A DNA stretch of 64,000 bases. Source: an uncultured Pyrinomonadaceae bacterium. Its GTDB lineage: Bacteria; Acidobacteriota; Blastocatellia; Pyrinomonadales; Pyrinomonadaceae. This document shows positions 1-8,634 of the stretch, piece after piece. The stretch lies in contig CAXSBF010000002.1 of the NCBI GenBank assembly GCA_964235785.1, positions 201,061 to 265,060 on the forward strand. Reading direction: 5' to 3'. Every line of letters starts with the position of its first letter. The first letter of the stretch is position 1. The translations under genes were made by a program, and so were the position numbers. The notes under the pieces are model-generated. The model made no database searches. It saw nothing but the letters and a program-made list of their open reading frames with translations, and was not told the DNA's origin.

Positions 1-1
1 T

Positions 2-1090
2 TTACTGCTTTTTCTTTTTCTTTCGATTTTGGAAGATACGGGTTATATGGCGCGGGCGGCGTTTCTGCTCGACCGCCTAATGCGCGGCGTCGGGCTGCAC
101 GGCAAAGCGTTTTTGCCGCTTTTGTCGAGTTTTGCCTGCGCGATTCCCGGCATTATGGCGACGCGCACGATTGAAGACCGGCGCGACCGTCTGGCGACGA
201 TTTTGATTGCGCCTTTTATGAGCTGTTCGGCGCGTCTGCCGGTTTATACGCTGATGATTGGGACGTTCTTTGCCGGACAGCTTGTTTTCGGCTTCGTTTC
301 GCTCGGCGCGATTTTGATTTTGGCGATGTATGCGCTCGGAGTCATTGTCGCTATCATTGTCGCTTTGATTTTGAAACGAACCATCCTAAAAGCTCCGCCG
401 CCGCCTTTTGTGATGGAGCTTCCGCCGTATCGGATGCCGAATCTGAAAGCGGTCGGTCTCAATGTTTTTCAACGCGCCGGAATGTTCGTCAAACGCGCCG
501 GAACGGTGATTTTGGCGATTTCAATCGTGATGTGGGCTTTGGCAAATTTCCCGAAACCTTCGGAGGAACAGGTTTCAACCGCAAAAATCCAAAGTCAAAT
601 CGAAGAAACTTGCAATTGCCCGGCAGAAGAAGCTCAAAAACAAGCCGAAGCCAAAGTGCAAAACGAAAACCTGCGCTACAGCTTTGCCGGAAGATTGGGA
701 CATACGATTGAGCCGGTTATCAAGCCGCTCGGTTACGATTGGAAAATCGGCGTGGCTTTGATTTCATCATTTGCCGCCCGCGAAGTTTTCGTCTCGACGA
801 TGAGTATTTTATACAATGTCGGCAAAGATCAAGACGCCGAATCAACGACGCTTTTGCAGGCGATACGCGAAGCGAAAAACGAAAACGGCGAAAAAGTCTG
901 GAGTCCGCTGCTGGCTTTATCGACGATGGTTTTTTATCTGCTGGCGATGCAATGTATGTCAACTATCGCCGTTACGCGACGCGAAACTAATTCCTGGGCG
1001 TGGACTTTGTTTATGGTCGGTTATATGACGGCACTGGCTTATGTCGCGGCTTTTTTGACTTATCAAGGCGGAAAACTTTTAGGTTTTTGA
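2..1090 (+). CDS. feoB: Ferrous iron transporter FeoB, C-terminal membrane domain (5' end outside window)
   Basis: Frame open from base 2 (LLLFLFLSILEDTGYMARAAFLLDRLM...), a conserved FeoB core motif; multi-TM hydrophobic profile; stop TGA 1088-1090. Confidence 0.9.
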   Translation, partial: LLLFLFLSILEDTGYMARAAFLLDRLMRGVGLHGKAFLPLLSSFACAIPGIMATRTIEDRRDRLATILIAPFMSCSARLPVYTLMIGTFFAGQLVFGFVSLGAILILAMYALGVIVAIIVALILKRTILKAPPPPFVMELPPYRMPNLKAVGLNVFQRAGMFVKRAGTVILAISIVMWALANFPKPSEEQVSTAKIQSQIEETCNCPAEEAQKQAEAKVQNENLRYSFAGRLGHTIEPVIKPLGYDWKIGVALISSFAAREVFVSTMSILYNVGKDQDAESTTLLQAIREAKNENGEKVWSPLLALSTMVFYLLAMQCMSTIAVTRRETNSWAWTLFMVGYMTALAYVAAFLTYQGGKLLGF

Positions 1091-1141
1091 TGAAAAAACA
1101 TTTGTTAGACGCCATAATTTTGTCTAAGTTAAACTAACAAT

Positions 1142-2035
1142 ATGGGACATGAACATAATCACACGCTGGCAAATTACGGACGCGCTTTTGCGATTGGCAT
1201 TGCTCTCAATCTAGGTTTTGTTATTCTTGAGGTTATTTACGGGCGGCTGTCTAATTCTCTTGCGCTGGTCGCCGATGCCGGACATAATTTGAGCGATGTG
1301 CTTGGCTTGGCATTGGCTTGGGGTGCGATGGTACTTGCTCGTCGTAGTCCGACAGCCGAACGAACTTATGGTTTTCGTCGTTCTTCGATTTTAGCCGCGC
1401 TCGTCAATGCGGCGGTTCTTCTCATCAGTGTCGGTGCAATTGCCTGGGAAGCCGTCAGTCGTCTCAGGAATCCGAGTTCCGTCGAAGAAACAACTGTAAT
1501 CTGGGTTGCCGCCATCGGGATTCTGATAAATGCGGGAACGGCTCTTTTGTTTATGTCCGGGCGAAAAGGTGATTTGAATATTCGCGGTGCATTTATGCAC
1601 TTGGCGGCTGACGCCGTCATTGCGTTTGGCGTCGTTTTAACGGGAGTTGCAATGCTTTATACGGGATGGGTTTGGCTTGACCCGATTGTTAGTTTAGTGA
1701 TTGTCGCGGTCATTGTTTATGGCACTTGGGGGCTGCTTCGGGATTCGGTCAACTTGGCACTAGACGCCGTGCCGGAAGGCATTGATATGAATGGCGTCAA
1801 AGAATATCTGGCGAGTTTGCCGACGTGCGCCGATGTTCACGATTTGCACGTTTGGGGAATGTCCACAACAGAAACCGCCTTGACAGCTCACGTCGTTATG
1901 AACAAAACAACGTGCGATGATGCGCTGCTTGCTAAAACTGCAAAGGAATTGCACGATAAGTTTGGCATAGAACATACGACATTACAGGTAGAATTCGGTG
2001 ACCCAAAATATCCTTGTCGCTGCCGCCTTGTGTGA
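1142..2035 (+). CDS. Cation diffusion facilitator (CzcD/ZitB-type) divalent metal exporter
   Basis: His-rich N-terminus MGHEHNH, six hydrophobic helices, metal-site motifs LVADAGHNLSD and MHLAADAV, C-terminal cytoplasmic domain (HDLHVWG...TLQVE). Confidence 0.85.
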   Translation: MGHEHNHTLANYGRAFAIGIALNLGFVILEVIYGRLSNSLALVADAGHNLSDVLGLALAWGAMVLARRSPTAERTYGFRRSSILAALVNAAVLLISVGAIAWEAVSRLRNPSSVEETTVIWVAAIGILINAGTALLFMSGRKGDLNIRGAFMHLAADAVIAFGVVLTGVAMLYTGWVWLDPIVSLVIVAVIVYGTWGLLRDSVNLALDAVPEGIDMNGVKEYLASLPTCADVHDLHVWGMSTTETALTAHVVMNKTTCDDALLAKTAKELHDKFGIEHTTLQVEFGDPKYPCRCRLV

Positions 2036-2667
2036 TGAAAATTATGAATGCCGAAGTATTAAAGGACAAACATATCCAAGCCGCAAGTCTGCGAAGTGGA
2101 CGCAGACTTGAATATCTGACCATTGTCTGGAATTCACTTGAAGCCATTGCTGCGATTGCGGCGGGTTTGATTGCGGGAAGTATCGCATTAGTGGGTTTTG
2201 GTTTTGATTCGGTTATCGAAGTTGCATCAGGAGCAATTTTATTATGGCGGCTGGTTTCGGGCGAACATCGTGAACGTCTTGCTTTGAAACTTGTCGGCAT
2301 CAGTTTTCTGGCACTTGCCGCTTATATCGCTTTCGATGCAATAAAATCTTTGTGGCTTCGTGAGCCGCCAGAAGTCAGCAGTATCGGAATTACGATAGCC
2401 GCATTGTCGTTGATTGTGATGCCGCTTCTGGCTAGAGCAAAAAGGCGTGTGGCGGAAAATCTCGATAGCCGAGCGATGAAAGCCGACTCGCGTCAGACCG
2501 GTATTTGCGCTTATCTTTCGGCAATTCTGCTGGCGGGTTTGGCTTTAAACGCTTTGTTCGGCTGGTGGTGGGCTGATTCGGCGGCGGCTTTAATTATGAT
2601 TCCTATTATTGCAAAAGAAGGCATCGAGGCTCTGCGCGGGGAAACTTGCAGCGATTGTCACGGGTAA
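2035..2667 (+). CDS. CDF-like cation transporter, membrane domain only, C-terminal CSDCHG
   Basis: ORF track 2014-2667 (TTG). The ATG at 2035 overlaps the upstream TGA (GTGATGA). Motifs SLEAIAAIAAGLIAGSIALVGFGFDSVIEV and KADSRQT are typical of short cation-efflux family proteins; no cytoplasmic CTD. Confidence 0.7.
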   Translation: MKIMNAEVLKDKHIQAASLRSGRRLEYLTIVWNSLEAIAAIAAGLIAGSIALVGFGFDSVIEVASGAILLWRLVSGEHRERLALKLVGISFLALAAYIAFDAIKSLWLREPPEVSSIGITIAALSLIVMPLLARAKRRVAENLDSRAMKADSRQTGICAYLSAILLAGLALNALFGWWWADSAAALIMIPIIAKEGIEALRGETCSDCHG

Positions 2668-2670
2668 TTT

Positions 2671-2844
2671 ATGAATTTACAATTAATAATTGTCGTTATA
2701 ATTATTTCGCTGGCTTTTCTGTATGCCGCGAATATGGTTTGGAAAAGAGTTAAATCTTTTTCTCAGAAATCTTCGTGCGGAAATGATTGCGGCTGCGATG
2801 CAAAATCAAACCGAAAATCTTTAGCTCACGCCGGAAAGAGTTAG
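2671..2844 (+). CDS. FeoB-associated Cys-rich small membrane protein (57 aa, below ORF-track cutoff)
   Basis: Own translation: MNLQLIIVVIIISLAFLYAANMVWKRVKSFSQKSSCGNDCGCDAKSNRKSLAHAGKS. It has one N-terminal TM helix followed by a CGxxCGC motif, as in the FeoB-associated Cys-rich family; ATG 2671, TAG 2842-2844. Confidence 0.7.
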   Translation: MNLQLIIVVIIISLAFLYAANMVWKRVKSFSQKSSCGNDCGCDAKSNRKSLAHAGKS

Positions 2845-2875
2845 ATTTTTAACGTTGTGAAACGATTTAAACAAT

Positions 2876-3121
2876 CTAACGCGAACGTTTTTGCAAAAGA
2901 CGCTTGGGCGTTTTGGGAACGGTTTGATAACCGGCAATTCGTTTTGAAAGCGTGTTTCGGTGAATTCCGAGCGCGTTGGCGGTATTTGAATAATGTTCGT
3001 TGTTTAGTTTTAGAGCCTTTTGAATATAAAGTTTTTCAAACTCGGTAATCGCTTCACCTAGCATAATCTGCCCGTCGAGCATCTCTTCAATCAACACTTC
3101 CATCTGTTCTCTGATTTGCAT
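2876..3121 (-). CDS. Small Fis-type helix-turn-helix DNA-binding protein
   Basis: 81 aa. The C-terminal NNEHYSNTANALGIHRNTLSKRI matches the Fis/NtrC HTH_8 signature. Confidence 0.7.
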   Translation of the reverse strand: MQIREQMEVLIEEMLDGQIMLGEAITEFEKLYIQKALKLNNEHYSNTANALGIHRNTLSKRIAGYQTVPKTPKRLLQKRSR

Positions 3122-3130
3122 AGTTTTAAT

Positions 3131-3193
3131 AATGGTAAATGGTAAATGGTAAGTGGTAAATTAAAAAGCTGTCTGACATTTACCACTTACCAT
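3131..3193. repeat. Tandem heptamer array (AATGGTA x3, AGTGGTA) forming the left arm of a perfect 15-bp hairpin
   Basis: ATGGTAAGTGGTAAA (3146-3160) is the exact reverse complement of TTTACCACTTACCAT (3179-3193), with an 18-nt loop. The right arm contains the purC stop codon. Confidence 0.85.
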
Positions 3194-4091
3194 CAAGTAG
3201 TTTTTTCCCCGTTAAAATTTGAAATGCCTCCAAATATCGAATGGTTGTTGCTTGGACAATCTCATCTGGCAAAGCCGGGGCAGGCGGTCTTTTATTCCAG
3301 TCCAAAGTTTCCAGATATTCGCGGACAAACTGTTTGTCAAAAGAAGATTGTTTTTTGCCCGGCTTGAAACTTTGGGTTGACCAAAAGCGCGAAGAATCCG
3401 GCGTTAAAATTTCGTCAATCAATAAAATCTCGCCCGCTTCGTCCAAACCGAATTCAAATTTCGTGTCGGCGATTATAATTCCGCGCGTCATGGCGTAATC
3501 AGAGGCTTTTAGGTAAATCTTCAGAGAAATCGATTTTAATTTTTCAGCCGTTTCGATGCCGACAATTTTTCCGAATTCCGCTTCAGTTATATTTTCGTCG
3601 TGACCGCTCGCGGCTTTGGTCGCGGGCGTAAAAATTGGCTGCGGCAGTTTTTCACATTGCTTTAGATTCGGAGGCAAACGATGTCCGCAAATTTCTCCGG
3701 TCGCCAGGTAATCCTTCAAACCCGAACCTTCCAAATATCCGCGAACGATACATTCGACGGGAAAAACTTTGGTTTTTTCTACCAGCATCGAACGCCCGCG
3801 AAATTCTTCGACTTGCCGCACCGATTCGGGCATTGCTTCAAAATCGGATGTAATCAGATGGTTTTTTGTTACATTTTTTAACTTTTCAAACCAAAAGGCG
3901 GAAAGCGCGGTTAAAACTCTGCCTTTATCGGGAATCGGTGTCGGGAAAACACAATCGAAAGCGGAAATTCTATCCGTGGCGACCAATAACAACCGGTTGT
4001 TGCTTAGTTGATAGACATCCCGAACCTTACCGCGATTAACAAGAGGCAAACCCGCAGCATTAGTTTCTGAAACCGTTCTAACTGCCGACAT
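3180..4091 (-). CDS. purC: Phosphoribosylaminoimidazole-succinocarboxamide (SAICAR) synthase
   Basis: GKVRDVY...LLLVATDRISAFD...PDKGRVLT...IIADTKFEFG motifs characteristic of PurC. Confidence 0.95.
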   Translation of the reverse strand: MSAVRTVSETNAAGLPLVNRGKVRDVYQLSNNRLLLVATDRISAFDCVFPTPIPDKGRVLTALSAFWFEKLKNVTKNHLITSDFEAMPESVRQVEEFRGRSMLVEKTKVFPVECIVRGYLEGSGLKDYLATGEICGHRLPPNLKQCEKLPQPIFTPATKAASGHDENITEAEFGKIVGIETAEKLKSISLKIYLKASDYAMTRGIIIADTKFEFGLDEAGEILLIDEILTPDSSRFWSTQSFKPGKKQSSFDKQFVREYLETLDWNKRPPAPALPDEIVQATTIRYLEAFQILTGKKLLDGKW

Positions 4092-4285
4092 TTTTAATTT
4101 TTTTGGAGATAGAAATAATTTTTTAGCAAGCTAACTTTATTATGAAATTCAAAATAAATAAAGTTGGACGAATAGATTCTCAAGATTATAAATTTTCTTT
4201 TCATTTCGGCAAAAATCGATTTTCGATTATCAGAAATTAATAAATAGAAAAACTACAGAGCCGGTAAAAGTTGTTAAAAATAGTA

Positions 4286-4314
4286 TAGACATTTTTTACG
4301 CAAGTGTTTATAAT
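4286..4314 (+). promoter_or_regulatory. Candidate sigma70-like promoter (TAGACA-17 nt-TATAAT)
   Basis: -35-like TAGACA 4286-4291, a 17-nt spacer, and a perfect TATAAT at 4309-4314 in the AT-rich spacer upstream of the 4449 gene. Confidence 0.3.
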
Positions 4315-4448
4315 AATTGATGTAAGTTTTAGAAATTAAAATTTACAACTTCTCAGACAATCATTCCGCGTGTCGCGCCATTAAATTTCTCAACTGCCTT
4401 GCTTCAATTTTTAAAAGAATAATAAAAAGTAATTTTTCCGTAGAAGCT

Positions 4449-5663
4449 ATGAAACATAACTTAAGTTTTCACAAAATCAAATTCCGGCTGGTGAATTTTA
4501 CATTCCTGATTCTCTCGACAAGCGTTGAAATATGGGCGCAGATGCCTTCGATTCAGGTTCCTGTAACCGAAGACTCCGACGCTTCGGACGATTATACCTG
4601 GTGGTATGCGATGCTTTTTTTACTGGCAATCGGATTGATAGGAGCGATTCTCTGGCGTTTGAACTCTAAAAAAACGTCGAAAGCATTGGCGGTCAAAAAA
4701 CAAAAAAAAGCAGTCGCCGAAAGAAGCGCCGGAGGCGGCGCTCTCGATGCCGACAAAGAACTCGAATGGCTGAGAAAAAATCTGAAGCTGATGGGCGGAA
4801 AAAGCAACGGTAATTCAAACGGAACAAACGGTAGAAATTTGTCGCCGGGCAATTTGGGAGCAAACCGAAACGGAGTTATTGCGGGTAATAAAGCAGTCGA
4901 TGTAGCGGAAAAATCCTTTCAGGACTTGCCGGTTTTTACCTTTCAAAAAATCGAGCCTGCCAGACCTTTTGCTCCGCTGACGCTTTCAAACGACGAAGCC
5001 TTGATGAGCGCCATCGAGCAGACGCACGAGGAGTTTGAAGAAGATGAAGAAATCCGCGAATTATCCGTTAGAATTTTAGCGGTTTTCAAGACGCGCAACT
5101 CGGTCGAAGCGCTTTCCGAAGTCGCTCTTTATGATTTGTCTGCAAATTTACGTTCAAAGGCGGTAACGGTTTTATCGGAATTCGACCACGAGTCGGTTTT
5201 TGAAACGATTTTGCTGGCTTGCGCCGACCCGACGCGCGAAGTAAAAGCGGCGGCGGCGCGTTCTTTGTTTCGCCTTAGTTTTGACCGTTCAAACGCCTGG
5301 ACGCGAATTGCCGAATCGGACGAAGAAGGCAGAATGCGGCAGATCGCGCGTGCGGCAATCGAAGCCGATTTGGTGGAGAGGTCTCTGGACAGACTTGTCC
5401 ACGAAGATTATAAAATCGCCCGGGAAGCAGCCGCATTCACGGCTTTAATGATAAAATCGGGAGAAACCAGAGAAGTTTTCAACGCTCTTGTCAAACACAA
5501 GAAACCCAACGTGCGAAAAGCGATTTTGCACGTTATCAAAATAACCAAAAACCAAAAAGCTTTGGAAGGGCTTTATTCGCTTCTCGAGCAAAACAATCTG
5601 CCGCTTGATTTGCAGGAAGAAGTTGACAAAACAATCGAAGAAATCGGGTTTGTTACCGTCTGA
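4449..5663 (+). CDS. Membrane-anchored HEAT-repeat protein (hypothetical)
   Basis: N-terminal hydrophobic segment plus TM helix (WWYAMLFLLAIGLIGAILW). The C-terminal half has HEAT-like repeats (LRSKAVTVLSEF, DPTREVKAAAARSLFRL, NVRKAILHVI). Confidence 0.6.
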   Translation: MKHNLSFHKIKFRLVNFTFLILSTSVEIWAQMPSIQVPVTEDSDASDDYTWWYAMLFLLAIGLIGAILWRLNSKKTSKALAVKKQKKAVAERSAGGGALDADKELEWLRKNLKLMGGKSNGNSNGTNGRNLSPGNLGANRNGVIAGNKAVDVAEKSFQDLPVFTFQKIEPARPFAPLTLSNDEALMSAIEQTHEEFEEDEEIRELSVRILAVFKTRNSVEALSEVALYDLSANLRSKAVTVLSEFDHESVFETILLACADPTREVKAAAARSLFRLSFDRSNAWTRIAESDEEGRMRQIARAAIEADLVERSLDRLVHEDYKIAREAAAFTALMIKSGETREVFNALVKHKKPNVRKAILHVIKITKNQKALEGLYSLLEQNNLPLDLQEEVDKTIEEIGFVTV

Positions 5664-5695
5664 AAAAAGTTTTGCAGCTCCGATTCAATTTTTAG

Positions 5696-5729
5696 AAAAG
5701 CCGGCAAGAATTTCTCTTGCCGGCTTTTT
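5696..5729. terminator. Bidirectional rho-independent terminator between convergent genes
   Basis: AAAAGCCGGCAAGA / TCTTGCCGGCTTTT stem with a 5-nt loop, flanked by an A-run and a T-run. Confidence 0.8.
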
Positions 5730-5784
5730 ATTAATTGGTGTTTGATTGACGAAAGAGTTTGACCGATACGGCGGCGGCGGCGGA

Positions 5785-8148
5785 TTATAATTCGCCGATA
5801 AATTTTCTGGCAATAATTACTTCGGGAATGTTCGCGTCCGCGCCTTGCCACGTTTGCAGAAACGATTGATAAGCGGCGCGGGCTTCGTTTGTTTGCCCTT
5901 GTTGTTCGTAGGCTTGAGCCAGGTGAAAACGGGCGAGCGGATAATTCGGATTGAGTTTCAAAATGCGTTCGTATTCGGCGACGGCTTCGTCAAATCGTCC
6001 GAGTTCAAGATAAGCATTTGCCAGGCAGTCTTCCTGCGCGTCTATTTCCCAGGTCGCGGGCGAGTGTCGCAGCGCTTCGCGGAAGTTTTCCAAAGCTTCG
6101 GCTGTTTGTCCATCCTTAAAAGCGATGTAGCCGCGGTTGTAGTAATTGTAGCGCGAGCTGTTTCGGATGCCGCGATTGGTAAATACCGATTCGGCGAAAA
6201 GAGGTCGTTCGAGTTTTTTCGCCGTCGCAAGGTCGCCGCGCTCAATTGCAATGACTAGCATTTCCCAAATATAAATGCTTCCCTTCATCGCTTGTTTCGC
6301 AGGCGGTAAAGCAGCAGCCAAATTTTTCTGTTTTCGATAAACGTGAGCGATTTGAGAATAACCCCGCGCGCGCTCCAAATCCGACGACGCGACCGAGATG
6401 TATTGTTTGAATAAATCAATCGCCGCCGCGTAATGTCCCGTTTGAAATTGCGCGTTTCCGAGATGAATGAGCGCAACCTCAAAGTTCCGATTCAATTCGA
6501 GGGCGCGATTGTATTCGGCAATTGCTTCGGCGTATCGTCCAGCCCATTGATAACTCATCCCGAGGCTGTCGCGCGCGTTCGCCTCTTCGGGCGCGAGCGC
6601 GACGTAACGCTCGTGCATCGCAACGGCTTCGTCGTGTCTGCCGAGCAGCGAGTAGAGAAGTCCGAGCGAGTTGTAAAGCGCGGAAGAATCAGGGTCAATC
6701 GTCAAGCCTTGCCGCAACGCGCTGATTGATTCGTCAAACTGTTCCTCGCCGCGCAGTAAATAACCGAGCCGCAGATATGCTTCGGTTTCCGCCGGATATT
6801 TTTGAATGATTTCGCGGAATTTTTGAATCGCCGCCGGATAATCGAGATTGGCAATCGCATACCACGCCGTAATATAAAGCCGGTCTTTCCCGGTCAGACG
6901 GTCGGAGAGCGCAAAGGCTCGTTCCAGATATGGTTTGGCTTTTTCAGCCCAGCCCGACGTGACGGCGTAAGTGTGACCGATGCGGGCGTAAGCCATCGCA
7001 AATTCGGGGTCGAGCGCGACCGCCTTTTCCAACAGCTCCAAAGTTTCCGTCGTATGCAATCCCTGCGCCTTTTCCAAAGCCAGCGAATAATAACGATAAG
7101 CTTCGAGATTGTTGGTCATCGCGGCGGCGAGGTTTGCGCGATTTTCCTGTTCGGTCGCGCCGAAACGGTTTGCCAGTTTGAACGAGAGCAAATCGATTTC
7201 GGTCAAAATCTGTTCGGGTTTCTCCACCGTCAAGCTTTCGGCGCTTTCAAGTCCGCCGGTTTCCGCGTTGTGAAGTCGCACGTCGAGCCGCACTTTTTCG
7301 CCCAATCGAGCAAAACTTCCGACGACAAAAAAGTTCGCGCCGCTTTTCCGCGCAACCTCGAGCGACTTTTCCAAATCGATTTCGTCGCTCGTTTTGTTTC
7401 CGGCTCGTTCGAGCAAAACTTGAAGCTGCTGGCGGCTGAGAACGGTTAATTTTTCCGAGCGCGACAGATTTGTAATCAGCATATCCGCAAGTCCTTCGCG
7501 CAGCCAATCGAGTTCACGGCTTCCGGATCGATTTTCAAAAAACATTACGGCGAGCGTTTTTTTGCCCGGAGTTTGCGATAGCGTGATTGCGGACTGTTCG
7601 GGTTGCCGCAGTTTTGGAATGAAATAAAAGGAAAGTCCGAGAGCTGAAAGTATTATCAGGGCGACTGCAATGCGAGAATCAAACCATTTTTTTGAAACTG
7701 CGACGGGAAAAGCTTTGGGAATCCGCGCGGCAAATTCAGGTGAATCGCTGATTTCTTCATATTCGAGTTCGACGCGGGTTATTTCTTCGGTTTCGACAAA
7801 CGCGGACGCGCCGCCTGAAAAGTCTTCGACCGGACTAATAAAGCGATAACCGGCTTTCGGAACGGTCTTGATAAATTTCGGATTGTGCGAATTATCGCCG
7901 AGCGCGCGGCGGATTTCCTTGATTGACTGCACGAGCGCGTCGTCCGTCACAGCCGTGTCCTTCCAGACGGATTCCATCAATTCTTCCTTTGAGACGAGCC
8001 GCTCGCGCCGGTCGAGCAAATAGACGAGAACCTGAAAAGTCTTCTGGCGCAGATGCCGTTCCGCATCGCCGCGCCGCACGCAGCCGCGCGAGATGTCGAC
8101 TTCGACATCTTCAAACCGATAAATCTGGATTTCCGATAAAGCAATCAT
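5785..8148 (-). CDS. CadC/ToxR-like transmembrane transcriptional regulator (OmpR-type winged helix, TM, TolB-N-like domain, TPR repeats)
   Basis: The N-terminus (YRFEDVEVD...LTKEELMESVW...IKEIRRAL...KTVPKAGYRF) is a trans_reg_C winged helix. It is followed by a single TM (IAVALIILSALGLSFYFI), then KKTLAVMFFENRSG...DWL and many TPR units. Confidence 0.85.
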   Translation of the reverse strand: MIALSEIQIYRFEDVEVDISRGCVRRGDAERHLRQKTFQVLVYLLDRRERLVSKEELMESVWKDTAVTDDALVQSIKEIRRALGDNSHNPKFIKTVPKAGYRFISPVEDFSGGASAFVETEEITRVELEYEEISDSPEFAARIPKAFPVAVSKKWFDSRIAVALIILSALGLSFYFIPKLRQPEQSAITLSQTPGKKTLAVMFFENRSGSRELDWLREGLADMLITNLSRSEKLTVLSRQQLQVLLERAGNKTSDEIDLEKSLEVARKSGANFFVVGSFARLGEKVRLDVRLHNAETGGLESAESLTVEKPEQILTEIDLLSFKLANRFGATEQENRANLAAAMTNNLEAYRYYSLALEKAQGLHTTETLELLEKAVALDPEFAMAYARIGHTYAVTSGWAEKAKPYLERAFALSDRLTGKDRLYITAWYAIANLDYPAAIQKFREIIQKYPAETEAYLRLGYLLRGEEQFDESISALRQGLTIDPDSSALYNSLGLLYSLLGRHDEAVAMHERYVALAPEEANARDSLGMSYQWAGRYAEAIAEYNRALELNRNFEVALIHLGNAQFQTGHYAAAIDLFKQYISVASSDLERARGYSQIAHVYRKQKNLAAALPPAKQAMKGSIYIWEMLVIAIERGDLATAKKLERPLFAESVFTNRGIRNSSRYNYYNRGYIAFKDGQTAEALENFREALRHSPATWEIDAQEDCLANAYLELGRFDEAVAEYERILKLNPNYPLARFHLAQAYEQQGQTNEARAAYQSFLQTWQGADANIPEVIIARKFIGEL

Positions 8149-8169
8149 CGCAATTTTTATAATGTTTCG

Positions 8170-8181
8170 CCGAAATTTCGG
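8170..8181. promoter_or_regulatory. Perfect 12-bp palindrome CCGAAATTTCGG in divergent promoter region
   Basis: Lies between the regulator start (8148, minus) and the HTH gene start (8291, plus). It is followed by a partial repeat GAAAAATTTCG. Confidence 0.25.
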
Positions 8182-8290
8182 AAAAATTTCGTCTTTCTTT
8201 CGTTACTTTTGTCCGTGTCTGGAGAGATGCTCCATAACATATCAACATTTATTCACAATTGCAAAATATATTAACCGCCGCGAAAAACCG

Positions 8291-8539
8291 ATGAAGCGCA
8301 GACTGACATTAACCGTTACAAAAATCCGCCGTCAAACGGTGGCGGAAAAAATATTTAATCTTCGGGCATTTTGTCGGATTTACGGATTTGAAACGCAGAC
8401 GCTTTCGCTTGCCCAAACAGCCGTTTTTCTGGAAATCGAAGACCGAATGCTTAAATGCTTGATTGCCGTCGGCAAAGTTCACGCGATTCAAACCGCGAGC
8501 GGAAATCTGCGCGTCTGCAAAAACTCACTTTTCAAATAA
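8291..8539 (+). CDS. Small excisionase/MerR-like HTH DNA-binding protein
   Basis: The ATG at 8291 gives 82 aa. LSLAQTAVFLEIEDRMLKCLIAVGKVHAIQTASGNLRV resembles HTH_17/excisionase-type motifs; the longer 8162 start adds non-protein-like sequence. Confidence 0.5.
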   Translation: MKRRLTLTVTKIRRQTVAEKIFNLRAFCRIYGFETQTLSLAQTAVFLEIEDRMLKCLIAVGKVHAIQTASGNLRVCKNSLFK

Positions 8540-8634
8540 AGATAAAAATTTGTGTTGAAGTCACGAATTTTAAGGACGAAGTTTTTTGTAACAAATAAAA
8601 TTCAAAAATAAGGAGAAATGAAAGGAGAAAGGAA

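Noticed and set aside
1105-1127. Inverted repeat TTAGAC-N11-GTCTAA upstream of the CDF exporter gene, as a metal-regulator operator
   Set aside because: The arms are only 6 bp in an AT-rich spacer, which is expected by chance. No regulator gene is adjacent.
2876-3121. Fis-type HTH gene as a truncated remnant of an NtrC-like regulator
   Set aside because: The ORF has its own ATG and is compact, with no upstream in-frame AAA+ or receiver remnants. Stand-alone Fis-like proteins of this size are common.
8162-8290. Longer 125-aa version of the small HTH gene
   Set aside because: The N-terminal 43 residues (MFRRNFGKISSFFRYFCPCLERCS...) cover the divergent promoter and palindrome and look non-protein-like. 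The internal ATG at 8291 is preferred.
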